This document shows, piece after piece, positions 29,187-45,917 of a DNA stretch of 64,000 bases. Position numbers and translations under genes: made by a program. The notes beneath the pieces are model-generated. The model was not told where the DNA came from, made no database searches, and saw only the letters and a program-made list of their open reading frames with translations. The first letter of the stretch is position 1. Each line of letters opens with the position of its first letter. Source of the stretch: the human T2T-CHM13v2.0 reference genome, Homo sapiens; NCBI RefSeq assembly GCF_009914755.1, contig NC_060938.1. The stretch is one strand, 5' to 3'.

Positions 29187-29508
29187 TACTGTGGCCCTTC
29201 CTATCTGTGGGTTCCCAGACAGGGATCAAAAATATATATTAAATAAATAAATGACAACAATTTTAAAAATACAAATTTTGAAAAGAAAATATAACAACTA
29301 TTTACATAAGATTTACTTTGCATTAGGTATTATAAGTAATCTAGAGATTATTTAAAGTCGTTGGAGGATGTGCATAGATTATATGCAAATTTTAAGTCAG
29401 TTTCCATCAGGGACTTGAGCATCTGCAGATTTTGGTATTGGTGGTTGGGAGGCAGGGGTGGTCTCCAGAACCAATACCCCACCTCGTGAGTATTGAGAAC
29501 AACTGTAT
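29187..29508 (-). mobile_element. MER2 (TcMar-Tigger MITE)
   Basis: AACAACTATTTACATA...TTAGGTATTATAAGTAATCTAGAGAT...GGGACTTGAGCATCTGCAGATTTTGGTAT. Confidence 0.85.
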
Positions 29509-30039
29509 ACATGCCATTAATCATGCTGAGTGCAGTGATGTGGGTGGCGGAATGGAGGCATTGACCTGAAACAGGAACACCTCATTCTCTGAGATGAAGG
29601 GATAAGAGGGAAGCAAGGGTGTGGCTACAGATAAACTAGTTATTTGGATGGAGTAAAATATAGAAAGAAATCACACTTGATGGGACCAACGTTACTTGCT
29701 GAAGTAGGAGATGAGGTCAGCTGAAGAGTTCAAAAGGGTGAATTAGAATGGTGAAGTTTTGGAATTATCAGTGAAGGAGAGAAAAGAGAAACCAAGGATA
29801 AGTTAAAAGACCCATAAATAAGCACAGCTGGGATTAGGCACAGAATGAGATGGCTATGAGGTTTTCTCCAGCCATGCTTGATGTCTAGCACTTAGGAGCA
29901 ATGAGAAGATAAGTTGACACAGATCCGAGGTTTCCTGGGGGAAGGAGCGAGGCTGACACAAGGTGAGAGGTGTAGTTCAGGTAATTCACCACACCCTTCA
30001 AGGTGGGCAGGTAAGGAAGGGAGGCTAGACGGTGACAGC

Positions 30040-30425
30040 AGCAGTTCCCAAACTTACCTGTATGTAGAATAATCTGGGGATGTTTTAAAAGTTCCGAAGC
30101 CCAAGCCATATCCCAGGTGAATTAAATCACAATCCCTAGGAGAAGGGCACGGGCACAGATGTCAATACTCTTTAAAGCCTTCCAGGTAATTCTAACATGA
30201 AGACAAGTTTGAAAAATATTGGGCACATACACTAGAACAGTGCTTCTCGAAGTGTAGTCCTCAAACTGGCAGTATCAATATCACCTGGGAACTTGTTAGA
30301 ATTGCAAACTCTTGAGCTCTACTCCAGGCTTATCAAACCAGAAATTCTGGGAGCAGGGATTCCGCAATCTGCCTTAACAAGCCTTCCAGGTGATCCTGAT
30401 ACCTGCTAAAGTTGGACAATCACTG
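30040..30425. mobile_element. Two adjacent MER5A/B elements
   Basis: CAGCAGTTCCCAAACTT...CCAGGTAATTCTAA; CAGTGCTTCTCGAAGTGTAGTCC...ACAAGCCTTCCAGGTGATCCTGAT. Confidence 0.8.
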
Positions 30426-30622
30426 AATTAGGAGGAAAAGAAGAAATCCTGGTCCCGGTGATCCCTCTGAGAACAGATGTAGTGACAAAGCTAGGAGTGG
30501 TATTTTTTGATGTCATACAGTTCCAGACTATAACTAGCTCAGCTTTGAGCCTTGAGGTCAAATAATTAAAGCTGTGATTAGTGTGTTGGATGTTCATCCA
30601 CGTATATGTTTACATATCCCAG

Positions 30623-30762
30623 AATTACACGCAATGGAAAAGCAGCACCGTGGAGCTGGGTGATTCCTGAGCCCAACCTGTGCCTCTGGTCTAGGGGCAT
30701 GCAGGGGAAATTGCAACCTCCAATGGAAAGAGAAGCAAGAGATGGTGTACCTTCAGGCAAAG
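30623..30762 (+). other. GNG2: Candidate upstream alternative exon of GNG2, with ATG at 30699
   Basis: Acceptor TTTACATATCCCAG|A, donor AAG|GTAGGC. ATG 30699 gives MQGKLQPPMEREARDGVPSGK with phase-1 exit. I recall this peptide from an annotated longer GNG2 isoform (memory, unverified). Confidence 0.5.
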
Positions 30763-31899
30763 GTAGGCTTCAACAAATGGTGATGGAAGGATACTGCAAA
30801 GAGGAAAACGTTGAAGTGTTTATTCTCTGAGGGAATGGTGGAAAGAGTAAAGAGCTTGGAGAGAGAGTCTGAGAGTGGGAGGACTCAGGAGGGAGCATAA
30901 AGCTGCGGAAGATGAGAGAATAACCCAGGATAGATGTTTGGGTTGTAGACGGTTGGGGGAAGGCAAGCACCATATGCCTTGGGGGCAGTGGCCATGGATT
31001 CTCGGGATGAGAGGCCTCGGTAGAACTGACTAGCTTCCTCAACATGAGTTATTTGGTGCCACTGTGGCTGATTGTGCAGACAGTCCTGCCATCATCCCCA
31101 GGGGAGCTGAGTCACTGTGTGGTGAAAGCCACAGTCTCCGGCAAGGCTGCTTTGTGCTGGGCAGGGAAGCTGCAGGGACTGGGGAAGCCACCTCAAGGTG
31201 AACAGGAGGTGGCAGAGCCTGGTCTGCGGTGAGCGCTTTCACACAGTAGGGAAGTTTTCCTACTTGCCTGAGCTCCGGATTGTTTCCCCCAGCAGGGAGC
31301 TGTGCCTGCCTGAAAATGGTTCCAGGGCACAATTGTTATCATAAAGGAAAGCAGGACCAGAAGAACCTTGACAACTTTTTGATATTGCTTATCCTAGCTC
31401 TGACTGATAAGGGGGCAGGAGGAAAAAAGGAGGGAAGGAATAAATCAAGGAGATAATCACAAAACAACAAGGAGATAATCACAAAAGCAGAAGAAAACAT
31501 GTTGTTTTCACTGGGCTGTGGTTGGCTTATGATATCTGTCTGACTCACGGCCACACTGAGGATTCTGGAATGCATTCTACCCAGGTATGAAGTAGGCATC
31601 CTAACGGCCACAAGATGTAGCTTAGTTTACAGACCCATCAAGCTGCTTGGGTTGGTCTAAGGCTGGACTGTGAAGCTGGTGAAATTTGTTTCTGACTCTG
31701 CTATTTTCAGGCCTCTTCTCCTCCCCAGAAACCCTTCTCCTTGGTTTCTCCTGCCCCTATAGCCCTGCCCTCACCCTTCAGGAACACCCCAGGGGCTCAG
31801 GGCTGGGGACAGCAGAGGCTTAGCCCCACTACCTCCCCGCTGCCTGGCAGTTTGATGAGCAGACGTGACAGGCCCTCTGTCTCAAGATATTAGCTCTCT

Positions 31900-34405
<2,506 letters not shown>

Positions 34406-34950
34406 ATATAAATGAAAAGGACAGCAAGGGGGACAGCCTTGATCCATAAAATCTAGACTGTCGGTATCAGAAACCACAAGCAATAGGGAGAACTATGGTA
34501 ATAAAAAGGGGTCATGAAAGAGCTATATGTTTGAGCAACCAATTCTGAGAGAAGGAAGGGAAAAGCTCATTTCTTTGTAGTAGTTAGAAATTATCTGGCA
34601 CTTTTTCCTTCTCATCTCATGGTCTGTAAGGAAGTGGACTTCAAAACAAAACACACTTGATATCACTAGAGAAGCCCTACTATAACTGAATTACTTCATG
34701 ACCAATGCCAGCATAGTGTTATTTTGAAAAATAAATCGCAGTCTAACATTTAAAAAGTAATATAAAATTTTTGATGAAGTCTCATAAAGTGATACCAAAG
34801 TGAAATACACTATAAAATATGCAGCATAATTCCTAAAGATTCTCTTCTCACTGTCAAAAGTATTATTTTCAAAATTTAAAAAGAGAATTCCTATACAAAT
34901 ACATAGTGAACATGTATCAAAGTTTTATTTTAACTCATTAAAATGATGGG

Positions 34951-35260
34951 GAGGCTGGGCTGGCAGCTTATACCTGTAATCCAAGCACTTTAAGAGGCCA
35001 AGGTGGGAGGATCGCTTGAGCCCAGGAGTACGAGACCAGCTTGGACAACATGGCGAGACCCTGTCTGTACAAAAAATACAAAAATTAGTCGGGCATGGTG
35101 GCACACGCATGTGGTTTCAGCTACTCGGGGAGCTGTAGTGGGAGGATCACTTGACCCCAGGAGTTCAAGCCTGCAGTAAGCCATGATTGTGCCACTGACA
35201 CTCCAGCCTAGCCAACAGTGAGACCCTGTTACAGGGAGAAAAAAAAAAGAAAAGAAAAAG
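34951..35260 (+). mobile_element. AluJ
   Basis: Dimeric Alu with A tail. Confidence 0.9.
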
Positions 35261-35461
35261 ATGGCGAAGCTATTTCAAATGATGATAAGAGAATTTAATG
35301 TGTGTATATATATAGTCAGTGAAAGCAAAAATAAATGGAGAAATATGATTGCTAATTAGATACAAAACTATTACAGGGCAATAAACTGCTATCTTTGGGG
35401 TTATCTTTTCTACTTTAGAAATAATTTGCATCACTATAGAGCAAAAATTATTCTCTCTCAG

Positions 35462-35829
35462 TGTCTTAGCTGGGCTTCCATAACAAAATATCATAGACTG
35501 GGTTGTTTAAACAACAGAAATTTATTCTCTCACAGTTCTGAAGGTTGAGAGGTCCAAGATCAAGGTGCTAGCATGATCAGTTTCCATTGAGGGTTCTCTT
35601 TCTGGATTTTGGATGGCTGCCTTCTCCCTGTGTCCTCACAAGGCAGGCAGGGAAACCAAGCTCTCTAGTGTCCCTTCTTATAAGGGCACTAATTCCATTA
35701 TAAGGGCCTCACCCTCATGACCTCATGTAAATTTAATTACCTCTGAAAGATTCCATCTCCAGTTACCATCACATTGAAGATGAGGGCTTCAATATACAAA
35801 TTAAGGGGTTTTAGACACAGAGCATAGCA
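35462..35829 (-). mobile_element. MLT1A-type MaLR LTR
   Basis: TGTCTTAG...CATAGACTGGGTTGTTTAAACAACAGAAATTTATT...CATAGCA. Confidence 0.85.
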
Positions 35830-36015
35830 ATAGGCAAAAATGGTCTAAAAAATACCTGTTAGTAAGTCAGAGAATTTTACACACTTCTGAATTCAGATGA
35901 CTCTTAGGCCTACTAGACAAGGTCTTCGCAACAAGGAAGGTACACAATCATCTATTTTGCCTTTCAGAGATTGGAAAAATTTTCTCAACCTTACAACTCA
36001 TTTCTCTATAGATCC

Positions 36016-36195
36016 AGTCAAGATTAAAGCTTATGGGGCCTGAAGCTTATACAATTTGGCAGGGGCAGGGGATGGGGAAGGCAGGTGCTCTGAAAAGAAG
36101 AAAGATATATAATGAATATGTAAACACATTATTCAGGTCTGAGGGACTTGGAGGGAGTCAGTACCAGTGAGAATTTCATGGAAAATCTACCTCCG
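36016..36195. mobile_element. hAT-type MITE, subfamily not assigned
   Basis: GGGGCCTGAAGCTTATACAATTTGG...AAATCTACCTC. Confidence 0.5.
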
Positions 36196-38902
36196 GTACC
36201 TCTTCATAGCAATTTTCACACCACCCCCAAATCTGTCTTCTAAACATTCTATGAAAATCTTCATCTTTAATGGGCTCTTTCCTTTTTCAACTTTTTTCCA
36301 GTCCCTCTTTGTTCATGAATTTCTTCTAATGTAGATCACTTTACCCTCTCTAGGTGTCTGCTAGTTCATCTAGTTCTTGGCAACCCATTATCTTTTCAGG
36401 AGAAGGCAAACAGTCCTCCTTAGAACCTGGAGTAGGGTAAGACTGTGAATACAAATATATAATAATAACATTTGCTCCATTACACTTACTCTTTAGGAGA
36501 AGTCCAGATGCGTCTTCAAAAGGTGGAGATGCCAGATAAAACTTAATGTGGACCATCCTAAGGAATTTTTAACAGTGCTCAAGAAGTCTTAAAGGGATTA
36601 TAATTTGTGGAGTAACAGATATAATAGAAGGATGTGATTACTTGAGGGGCATAGAAATGGTAATACTGATTTTTAGAAAAGCTCCTGGGAGTCCACATTC
36701 TATAGACTATCACTCACCTGTCACTATAACCAGTTCATCACAGCAGTATTGCTGTGTGCCATCTGCTGCAATGATGAATGAAATTACTTTCACATAAGAA
36801 CCACCAACTATCTTTGCCACTTGCTTTCTCCTTTACAGTGATATTGGTGGCCATATGAGTGGTAGGGGTCATACAGTGTTTCCATAGCTTACAGTAGGTG
36901 TCTTGAGATCCATTCAACAATAGCATCAGACTGCCCTTGAGACAGCCTCATCATGCAATACCAACTGAATTAGTAAACATGGCCCCTGCTCTCTGGACAA
37001 TTTCTAGAAAAGACCAAAAAAAACAAAGGCAGACAAAATGATTGGTGGGATGTTGCCTTCATTCAGTAACTGCCTTTGAAATATATAACACATTGAAGCT
37101 TTTGGAGATGGGGGAAGAAGGGCATTTTAAAGGCTGGCAGGAGAAGAGCTGGAATTGTCTCAGAGGATTCCTGTCTATTAACTAGTGCGATGCAAACGCC
37201 TCCTTACCTATACATTGAAGTTCCCCCAGAACGCCCCAAGGCATTCAGCACTTGGCTCCCGAGCTGTGGTGGCTGGATACCAGCACTGTGATGGCTTCCA
37301 TCCCTGCACTTGCCTGGCTTCTGCCTGCCACGGACTCCCCTGCCGAGGTCAGAGCCACATGGAAATGAGGCCTTCCTTGGTGACAGAAAACAGAGCTTGT
37401 CGACCAGCTGGGAGACAAGTGTCAAGTGCTGGGTCCAGGTGGCAGATGAAAGGCTGGCAAGGTGCTAATGTTATTCCCTCCAGAGAATGACAAGTCAGAA
37501 GACAGCTGCCTCTGTCTTACGCTCCTGTGTTGCGTGGATACCAATGCCACTGGGTCCTGGGTAAGGATAGGCACTTGCCCTCTCAATATTGAGATTGCTA
37601 AAGCCATTTTTACTTTCCAGGAGAATCCTTTCCATGAGTAAGAAGGAAAGCACTGGAGATGTCACCTAAGTGAATTTGGGAACACATCTAGCGCTATAAT
37701 GCATGCAAAGTTGTTGAGTACCTGACCTGAAGTGCTTGTTAATAGAATGCAAATATTCTGGAAATAGATTTTCTTTTCCATTCCCTTCGGGGCATTCGAT
37801 TTATTTGTGCTATATCCTGCTCTGAGTTAGAATACTTTATTATATACCTGGTTTAAAGTTACCCTAAATGTCTACCCCGCTTCTATATAAATGAATAAGG
37901 ACAAAAATTCAGTGCTAACAGAGCCGAGGGCTCTAAAGGTCAGCAGAGTCTTAACCAAGGTAGCAGAATGTAACTTAATAGAAGGTGAAGGATGTAGAAT
38001 TAGGCTCCAGAGAGTGGCTCAGCTCCTTTCATGCCCTCTCTGAGGAACTAGCAAAAGAGGAGACAAAAGAAAGCTTCTAGGTTAACCTGATGTTTATGAA
38101 TGGCCCCCAGCTCAGTTGAGGTGAAGAGTGAAGCTGAGAGTCAACAATTACTGTAAGAAGCAAGAAGGAGCAGTGAACTAATTGAATTACAGAAGAGGCA
38201 TAAAGGGCCAGAAAGTAGGAGATGAAGAGAAAGACTGGGCATCTAGGCTTTTGACTCTTTTAGCATCTAAACCTACATTCTAACTTCATTTGTTTCATCC
38301 TGAGTAGGAGAAACATTACTATTTATATTCAGACCTCAGTTCTCCCAGCTGTCTTTAGCTGTAATGTTTCAGAGGTCCAAGGCTATACAGGTAAATAAGA
38401 TAGCTGTTTGCAAACTGTCTTCCCCAGTTGCCTCTCCCCACCTCTCAACTTCAGCAAAAACCCACACCACCCCCTACCTTTGATTTGAGATATGCTGACC
38501 CAGCACGTCAAAGTCTAACCCACTCCTGAATCCCATGTTCTGTGTGTCTCTGCAAACACTCAGATGCATCTAGAAAGCCATTTTAAGGTAAACTTACAGG
38601 ATCATCCACTGCTCCCCTGACCTACAACTTCTCAATAAAGAAAAGACCCAAATTTTTGAGGCTCCCAAAGCCCAAAGTGTCTTCCTTTTAGAATTGAGAA
38701 CAAATGTAAACATTTAACAAAGTAGAAAACTTTAGCAAAAACTATATTTTTCTTTTTCTCCTCCATTGTAAATATTAGTCTTATTACTAATTTTCAGGTC
38801 TTTTGCTGGGAGATGCTTTAAGGAAGCTTTAAATGTCCAGTCTTAGAAGTTTCAGGATAAGGGCTTTACAGGGAAACATATATTATAAATAGATTTGGTA
38901 GG

Positions 38903-39265
38903 TGTCTTAGTTCGGGATGCTATACAGAACACTATAGACTGGGTGACTTAAACAATAGAAATTTATTTCTCACAGTTTTGAAGGCTGAGGTATCTAGTAT
39001 CATGGCACTGGCAGATCTAGTGTTTGGTTCGGGTTCTCTTCCTAGTTTGCGGAAGGCTGTCTATTCATTGTACCTTCATTTGGCAGAGGAGAGATCATGA
39101 TCATCTCTCTCCTGTCTCTTATAAGGGCATGAATCCCATTCAGGAAGGGTCCACCCTCATGACCTGATTATCTCGCAAAGACCTCACCTCCAAATGCCAT
39201 CACACTGGGGGTTTAGGCTTCAACATATGAATTAGTGGGGGAATGAAAACACCCAATGCATAGCA
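38903..39265 (-). mobile_element. MLT1A-type MaLR LTR
   Basis: Same motifs as the 35462 element; near-TSD GTAGG/GTAGC. Confidence 0.85.
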
Positions 39266-39773
39266 GTAGCTAGGGTAGTAGTCATGCAGTATCACAGGGA
39301 AAGCACTAGATTTGGAAGTGGTCTCTGTTCTATAAAAGTCACTAATTCATTGAGTCACCTTGAACTCTTTGTGCCAGTATTCTATATGCAACATAAGAAT
39401 ATATTTTATGATGTTGCTTTGAGGGTTAAATAAAATAATGTATATGAAAATGCTTTTAAAAATATAAAAAGTCACATGAAGTTTTATTGTTAATTTTTAA
39501 TATACTGCCTGCCTCATTAGTGTCCTCTCCCCTCACCACAACTCCAGCAAGCACCAGTATGCCATTTACCACTGGTTTTGCATAACCTAACCAAAATCTA
39601 TTAAGTCTAATGTACTTCTCCTTCCCCTACTCCATTCTCCTCTACACACCCTTAAATGTGCCTGGAAAAAAAAAATCATAAGGCAAATTTATAGGATTCT
39701 CTATTCCTGCTCCTTACAATAAAAAAACCTTAATGCTAACCTATCACTAAAAGTTTGTTTTTATAAACAATAA

Positions 39774-40134
<361 letters not shown>

Positions 40135-40313
40135 TAAAAATAAACTGGAAAATCAGTTATGAAAGAAACATACCTCATTTAATATTGTTTCCCATACCTA
40201 GATATAGGGAGAAAAAAAGTTGGGATGAGAATAAAAGCTAAAGTTTATCAAACACTTACTATGAGCAAAGCACTCTGTTAATTATTGCCAGATACAAAAT
40301 TAAAATATAACTC

Positions 40314-40647
<334 letters not shown>

Positions 40648-41149
40648 TCAAAGGTTTTTTAACTTGTTAATGAGGGAACCAGCAGGCAGTTGAAATAGGA
40701 AAAACTGAAGTATTTATAGAGGCTGAAAAAGAAGAATGTTTGAATAAGATTCATAATTTAGATACAAAATTGGTTCATGTCCAGAGGGCAATAATAGTGT
40801 AACCTTGGAGTGATATTTCCAACCAAGATATTTTTATCCCTCTGTATTGCTCTTTGACGAGAATTATTTGCATTGCTCCTATGAGTTAACTTTTATACTG
40901 AGAGTTGTAAAATATCCTCGTCAGTAGTAAATAGGAAGTCAAACAAAAGTACCCACCTGGAGAATCAGATAATCACCCCCTCAGGTCTACACACAAGCCC
41001 CACTGACACTGAAAAGACTTGCTAATTTCCAAGTTTTGGATAATTGTTAACAGTACCTTATGCATATTATATGGCAGAACTTAATATTCATTATTTTATG
41101 AGATCTACACAATTCTGAAAAGTGTTTATTAATGCCTGTAATCCCAGCA

Positions 41150-41412
<263 letters not shown>

Positions 41413-41609
41413 TTATTAATCCCATTTACACAGATAAACTGAAAATCAAGGAGATCAAGAAATGTGTCCAAATCCGACATAACAAATGATTACCCAGATC
41501 TGTTTACTTAGGAAGTCCTTGTTCCACTTGCTACAAATTATATATTGACAAAAAGAAAAATGTTTTAAATTTTTTATTGAGATACAGCATTCATATGTTA
41601 AAGCACAAT

Positions 41610-41872
41610 ACTCCCTAATAAACTCCCGTTTATATATACATCTATCGTATGTCCCTCTAGAGAACTCTAGCTAATACAGACTCCATCTCTACAAAAAATA
41701 TAAAAAATTAGCCAGCTTGGTAGTGCACATCTTTAGTCCCAGGTACTCAAGAGGCTAAGGTGAGAGGATTGGTTGAGCCTGGGAGATCAAGGCTGCAGTG
41801 AGCTGTGATTGTGCTACCACTGCACTGCAGCCTGGACAATAGAGTGAGACCCTGTCTCAAAAAAAATAAAAA
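41610..41872 (+). mobile_element. MLT2 LTR 3' tip fused to a 5'-truncated AluJ
   Basis: AATAAACTCCC...CCCTCTAGAGAACTCTAGCTAATACA, then Alu linker and right arm. Confidence 0.75.
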
Positions 41873-42028
41873 TGCAAGACACTCAGCAATAAGTGACCCC
41901 ATAGTATGTACACCCCATGGATGAATCTCCATTACAGTGTGCTAAGTCAAATAACTCAAGCCCATAAGACTACCTATTGTCATGATTCCATGTATTTGAC
42001 ATTCTGGGAAAAGCAAAACTATACAGAT

Positions 42029-42533
42029 TGTGAGCCCGAAATATCTGAGACAGGTCTTAGTCAATTTAGGAAGTTTATTTTGCCTAAGTTAAGAACACAC
42101 CTGTGACACAGCCTGAGAAGGCCCTGATGACATATGTCCACGGTGGTCAGGGCATAGCTTGGCTTTATACATTTTAGGGAGACATGAGACATCAATCAAC
42201 ACATGTAAGATGAACATTGGTTCAGTCTGGAAAGGTGGGTCAACTTGAAGCAGGGAGGAGGCTTCCAGGTCATAAGTAGCTAAGAGACAAATGGTTGCAT
42301 TCTTTTGAGTTTCTGATTAGCGTTTACAAAATGAGCAGAGGGATGACTTCGAGTTCTGTCTGCCCTTTGTCCTCAAGGAAATTCCTTGTGAGGGAGGTAT
42401 CTACCTTTTTTGTCTTAGTAGCTATCTTTTTTGGTAATAGAATGTGAGGTGGGTTTGCCCTACACAGTTCCCAGCTTGCCTTTTCTGTTTGGCTTAGTGA
42501 TTTTGGGTTCCCAAGATTTATTTTCCTTTCACA
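42029..42533 (-). mobile_element. MER4A-type ERV1 solo LTR nested in an old L1M
   Basis: ATCTGAGACAGGTCT...TTTATTTTCCTTTCACA; 4-bp TSD AGAT (42025/42534). The host L1M reads through on both sides (41880-42740). Confidence 0.88.
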
Positions 42534-44184
42534 AGATAAAAACAGATCAATGGTTGTCAGACGCCAGGGGTTGGAGGAGTTAACTGCAAAGGAGTATGAG
42601 AGAATTTTAGGGGTGATGCAGCTGTGCTATATCTTGATCGTGGTGGTGGTTACATGATTGTGTGTGTTTGTCAAACTCACATAACTACTTTAAAAAGGGT
42701 AAATTTTGCTATATGCAAATTATGCTTTAATTTTTTTAAATGGAAAAAGAGCAAGATGTACCACAACATTTTTAATTTTTTAAACAGCTTTACTTTTAGT
42801 CATTCAATATAAATATGGAGTCCTGGAATATATGCAGAACCATGTCTAACTTCATGTTATTACAACTCTAGGGGTAGATCTCCAACAGTCTTGCAACTTC
42901 AGCGAGTTGTAGGATGCTCCTGGGGAATTGGTCTTTGACTGACTGTCTTGCAATAAGCATTAGAAATGTGTTATAGTTTTGTATCAATTACTTGCATCTG
43001 GCAACCAGGGTACTGTGAAGGACTCCAGAAGGTATAAGAGTACCTGTAAGAATGGCAGAGGTGAGTTTCTCATGTCTGGTGAAATCACTGCTCCACCTGG
43101 GTAGCTCCATCAGTAGCTAGATGTCATCGTAGGAGCTGGGAATATGGAAGCCTGTACCTCGGTCTGGGAGCATGACACTTTGTCTTCTCCTTTACTCCCA
43201 GAACTTTCTTCATCCCTTATTTTATCATTAAGAAGCTTTATGTTCCTGTACAGTGTCTGTTGCATCTTTCTGTCAATCATGTCCCCTGTGACATCTATAA
43301 AATGTTCCACACAAAATCTACCACCAACAGAGAATCCAAAGTAGCTCCTTGAGCCCATTTGTCTTCCTCCCTCTTTATTGGGCAGAGTCTTGGTTCTCCA
43401 CTCTGGATGCAGTCCCCAAAGTTGCCCAGTTCCCAGTTTACTGACAGACTTCTCTCCTCTGTAAATACCTCATTTCTGTTCTCCCTCTTCCACTGGTGCC
43501 CCAATCTCAAACTCTCTGCATCTTAAATTTTGCTTCTCAGCCTTGTGCCTGGATTGTCATTCATTCTGTTGCCTCCAAATATTTCCTGAGGTAGAGTGTA
43601 AGGTGGTTTTGGACTCAGTGAATGGATAAAGAGAGAAAGAATGTACTTCTGTCAATCTGCCCATAGGTCAAGCAACCAGGACAGTAGCCAGACCTTTCAG
43701 AGCTCTGTAAATGACTGCCTTTTAGCACATCTGCTATTCTTATATGCCAGAAGACAACCCCCTTCTTTCTTTTATATCAGTTAGTTATGTTAGATAAGCA
43801 AATCCCTGAAGCTTCTCCTACCTTACAATATCCTGAGCCCTAAAGCTAGGTTCAGTCCCTCATGTATAATGCTACAACAATGTACTACCTTTTACCACAG
43901 CGAATCTAGATTAATTGGAGTCTTCACATATCTGGTAATTTTTTTCCGAGAGCAGAAGTCACAATCATACCAGGAGGAGTGACCACAAATGCATAATATG
44001 AAACCCAAGATCAATAAAATACTATGATTGGTCAGTTTAGCAAGTAAGAAGATGGGTAGTTATTTATACATAGGTCCATAACTGGCAGGCAAAGAAAACT
44101 CCAAACTTACAAATGGAGGAAAATGCAAGAGAATAGGAGGGAAAAACAAGGATAGCACCACAGGAGACCCCCACATTTTAAGTA

Positions 44185-44550
44185 ATGGTTCCCAAATGTT
44201 ACTCTGTGAATCAGCTGCAACAGGCCCCTCTCCAGACTGACTGAGTTAGAATCTATGGCAGGGAGCCCAGGAATCTAGACTTTAAAATTTCTCCCCAGGT
44301 GATTCTGAATATTTGACCAGGTTTGGGAACCCTATGTTTAGAGGCTGCACCAAACAAACAAACAAACAAAAAGCCTGGCACTGTTTGTTCTGTATGAATT
44401 CATATAATCCTCACTGTAATCCTCTAAGGTAGATACTATTTTTCTCTCCATTTTACAGACAAGAATCCCAGAGCATAGAAAAGTCACACAGCTAATTAAG
44501 TGTTGGAGCCCGGATTTGAACCCAGGTAATCTGGCTTTGAAGTCCACAAT
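44185..44550. mobile_element. MER5A followed by MIR (-)
   Basis: CCCCAGGTGATTCTGA; CCATTTTACAGAC...GTCACACAGCTAATTAAGTG...GATTTGAACCCAGG. Confidence 0.75.
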
Positions 44551-45542
44551 AATATTTCAACAGAACCATTAAAAGGAAAGAAAACAAGCAAGCAAAACAT
44601 TAAGGCACATGAAAAGGGAAGGGTAGGATGGAGGCAGATGAGAAAAATCACTTTGTAGGAAATAGGAAATTATTGTGAAATAGACATGACTTCCAGCATA
44701 TAGAGGTAGGTATAGATACAAGGAAATGCTTTCCTTTGGGGCCATACGATGACAACTGTGATCTTAATGACAGTTCCAGGCAATGCAGACTCCATCAAGA
44801 AAGAAGAATAAATTGTGTCCAATAGACTGCATGCAAATTATATTATTAATATATTTAAGAAAGATGTTTAATATAAGTTAACTGTTTACACACAGCTACC
44901 CAGAAAATCCCATCAAGGAATACAGGCTGGTCTCTGAACATTCTGTCTAATGAAGTTTCTAAGTCACTGTATGTTATTTTCCTATTGTCAAGAGGGCCTC
45001 CTTTTTAGCTCTCCTAGTTGGTTACCATGATGTCATGCTTATTTGCTCTATCCTGACCTAAATCATAATAAAATTGAGATCCTTCAAAAATCCTCCTATT
45101 CAGAGCCAGAACACTAAAAGCTTATTCAGATATGAGACTATTGTCCTGATAATATCTAGTCTAGACATAGGGATTCATGCAAGAAGGTACAATTAGAATC
45201 TTTTAGTCTGGCGTTGATGTCTTGAAATACATTTTCTAAAAAATTCAATTTTAATACATGTTATTTTGTAGAGAGAACAAGGAAGCATCTTCCCCAAGTC
45301 TTCACCAGAACAGTTCATTTGTTTCTTCTTTCTACAGCCTGTAGAGCTGTCCAAGTTGTGCTCAGCAATAATGGAACCTATGACTGGCAGGCAGAATTTC
45401 TTTTGCAGCAGCCGCAGGGCTCCGCACACGCAAACGGAAGTGCTCAGAAGCTGGGACACCCACTGTCCCAGTGCCAGAGTAGCTTTTCCTGAGGTCCCAC
45501 CCCAGTGGTCACAGACCTACTCAGGGCTCAAAATTTATTTAA

Positions 45543-45917
<375 letters not shown>

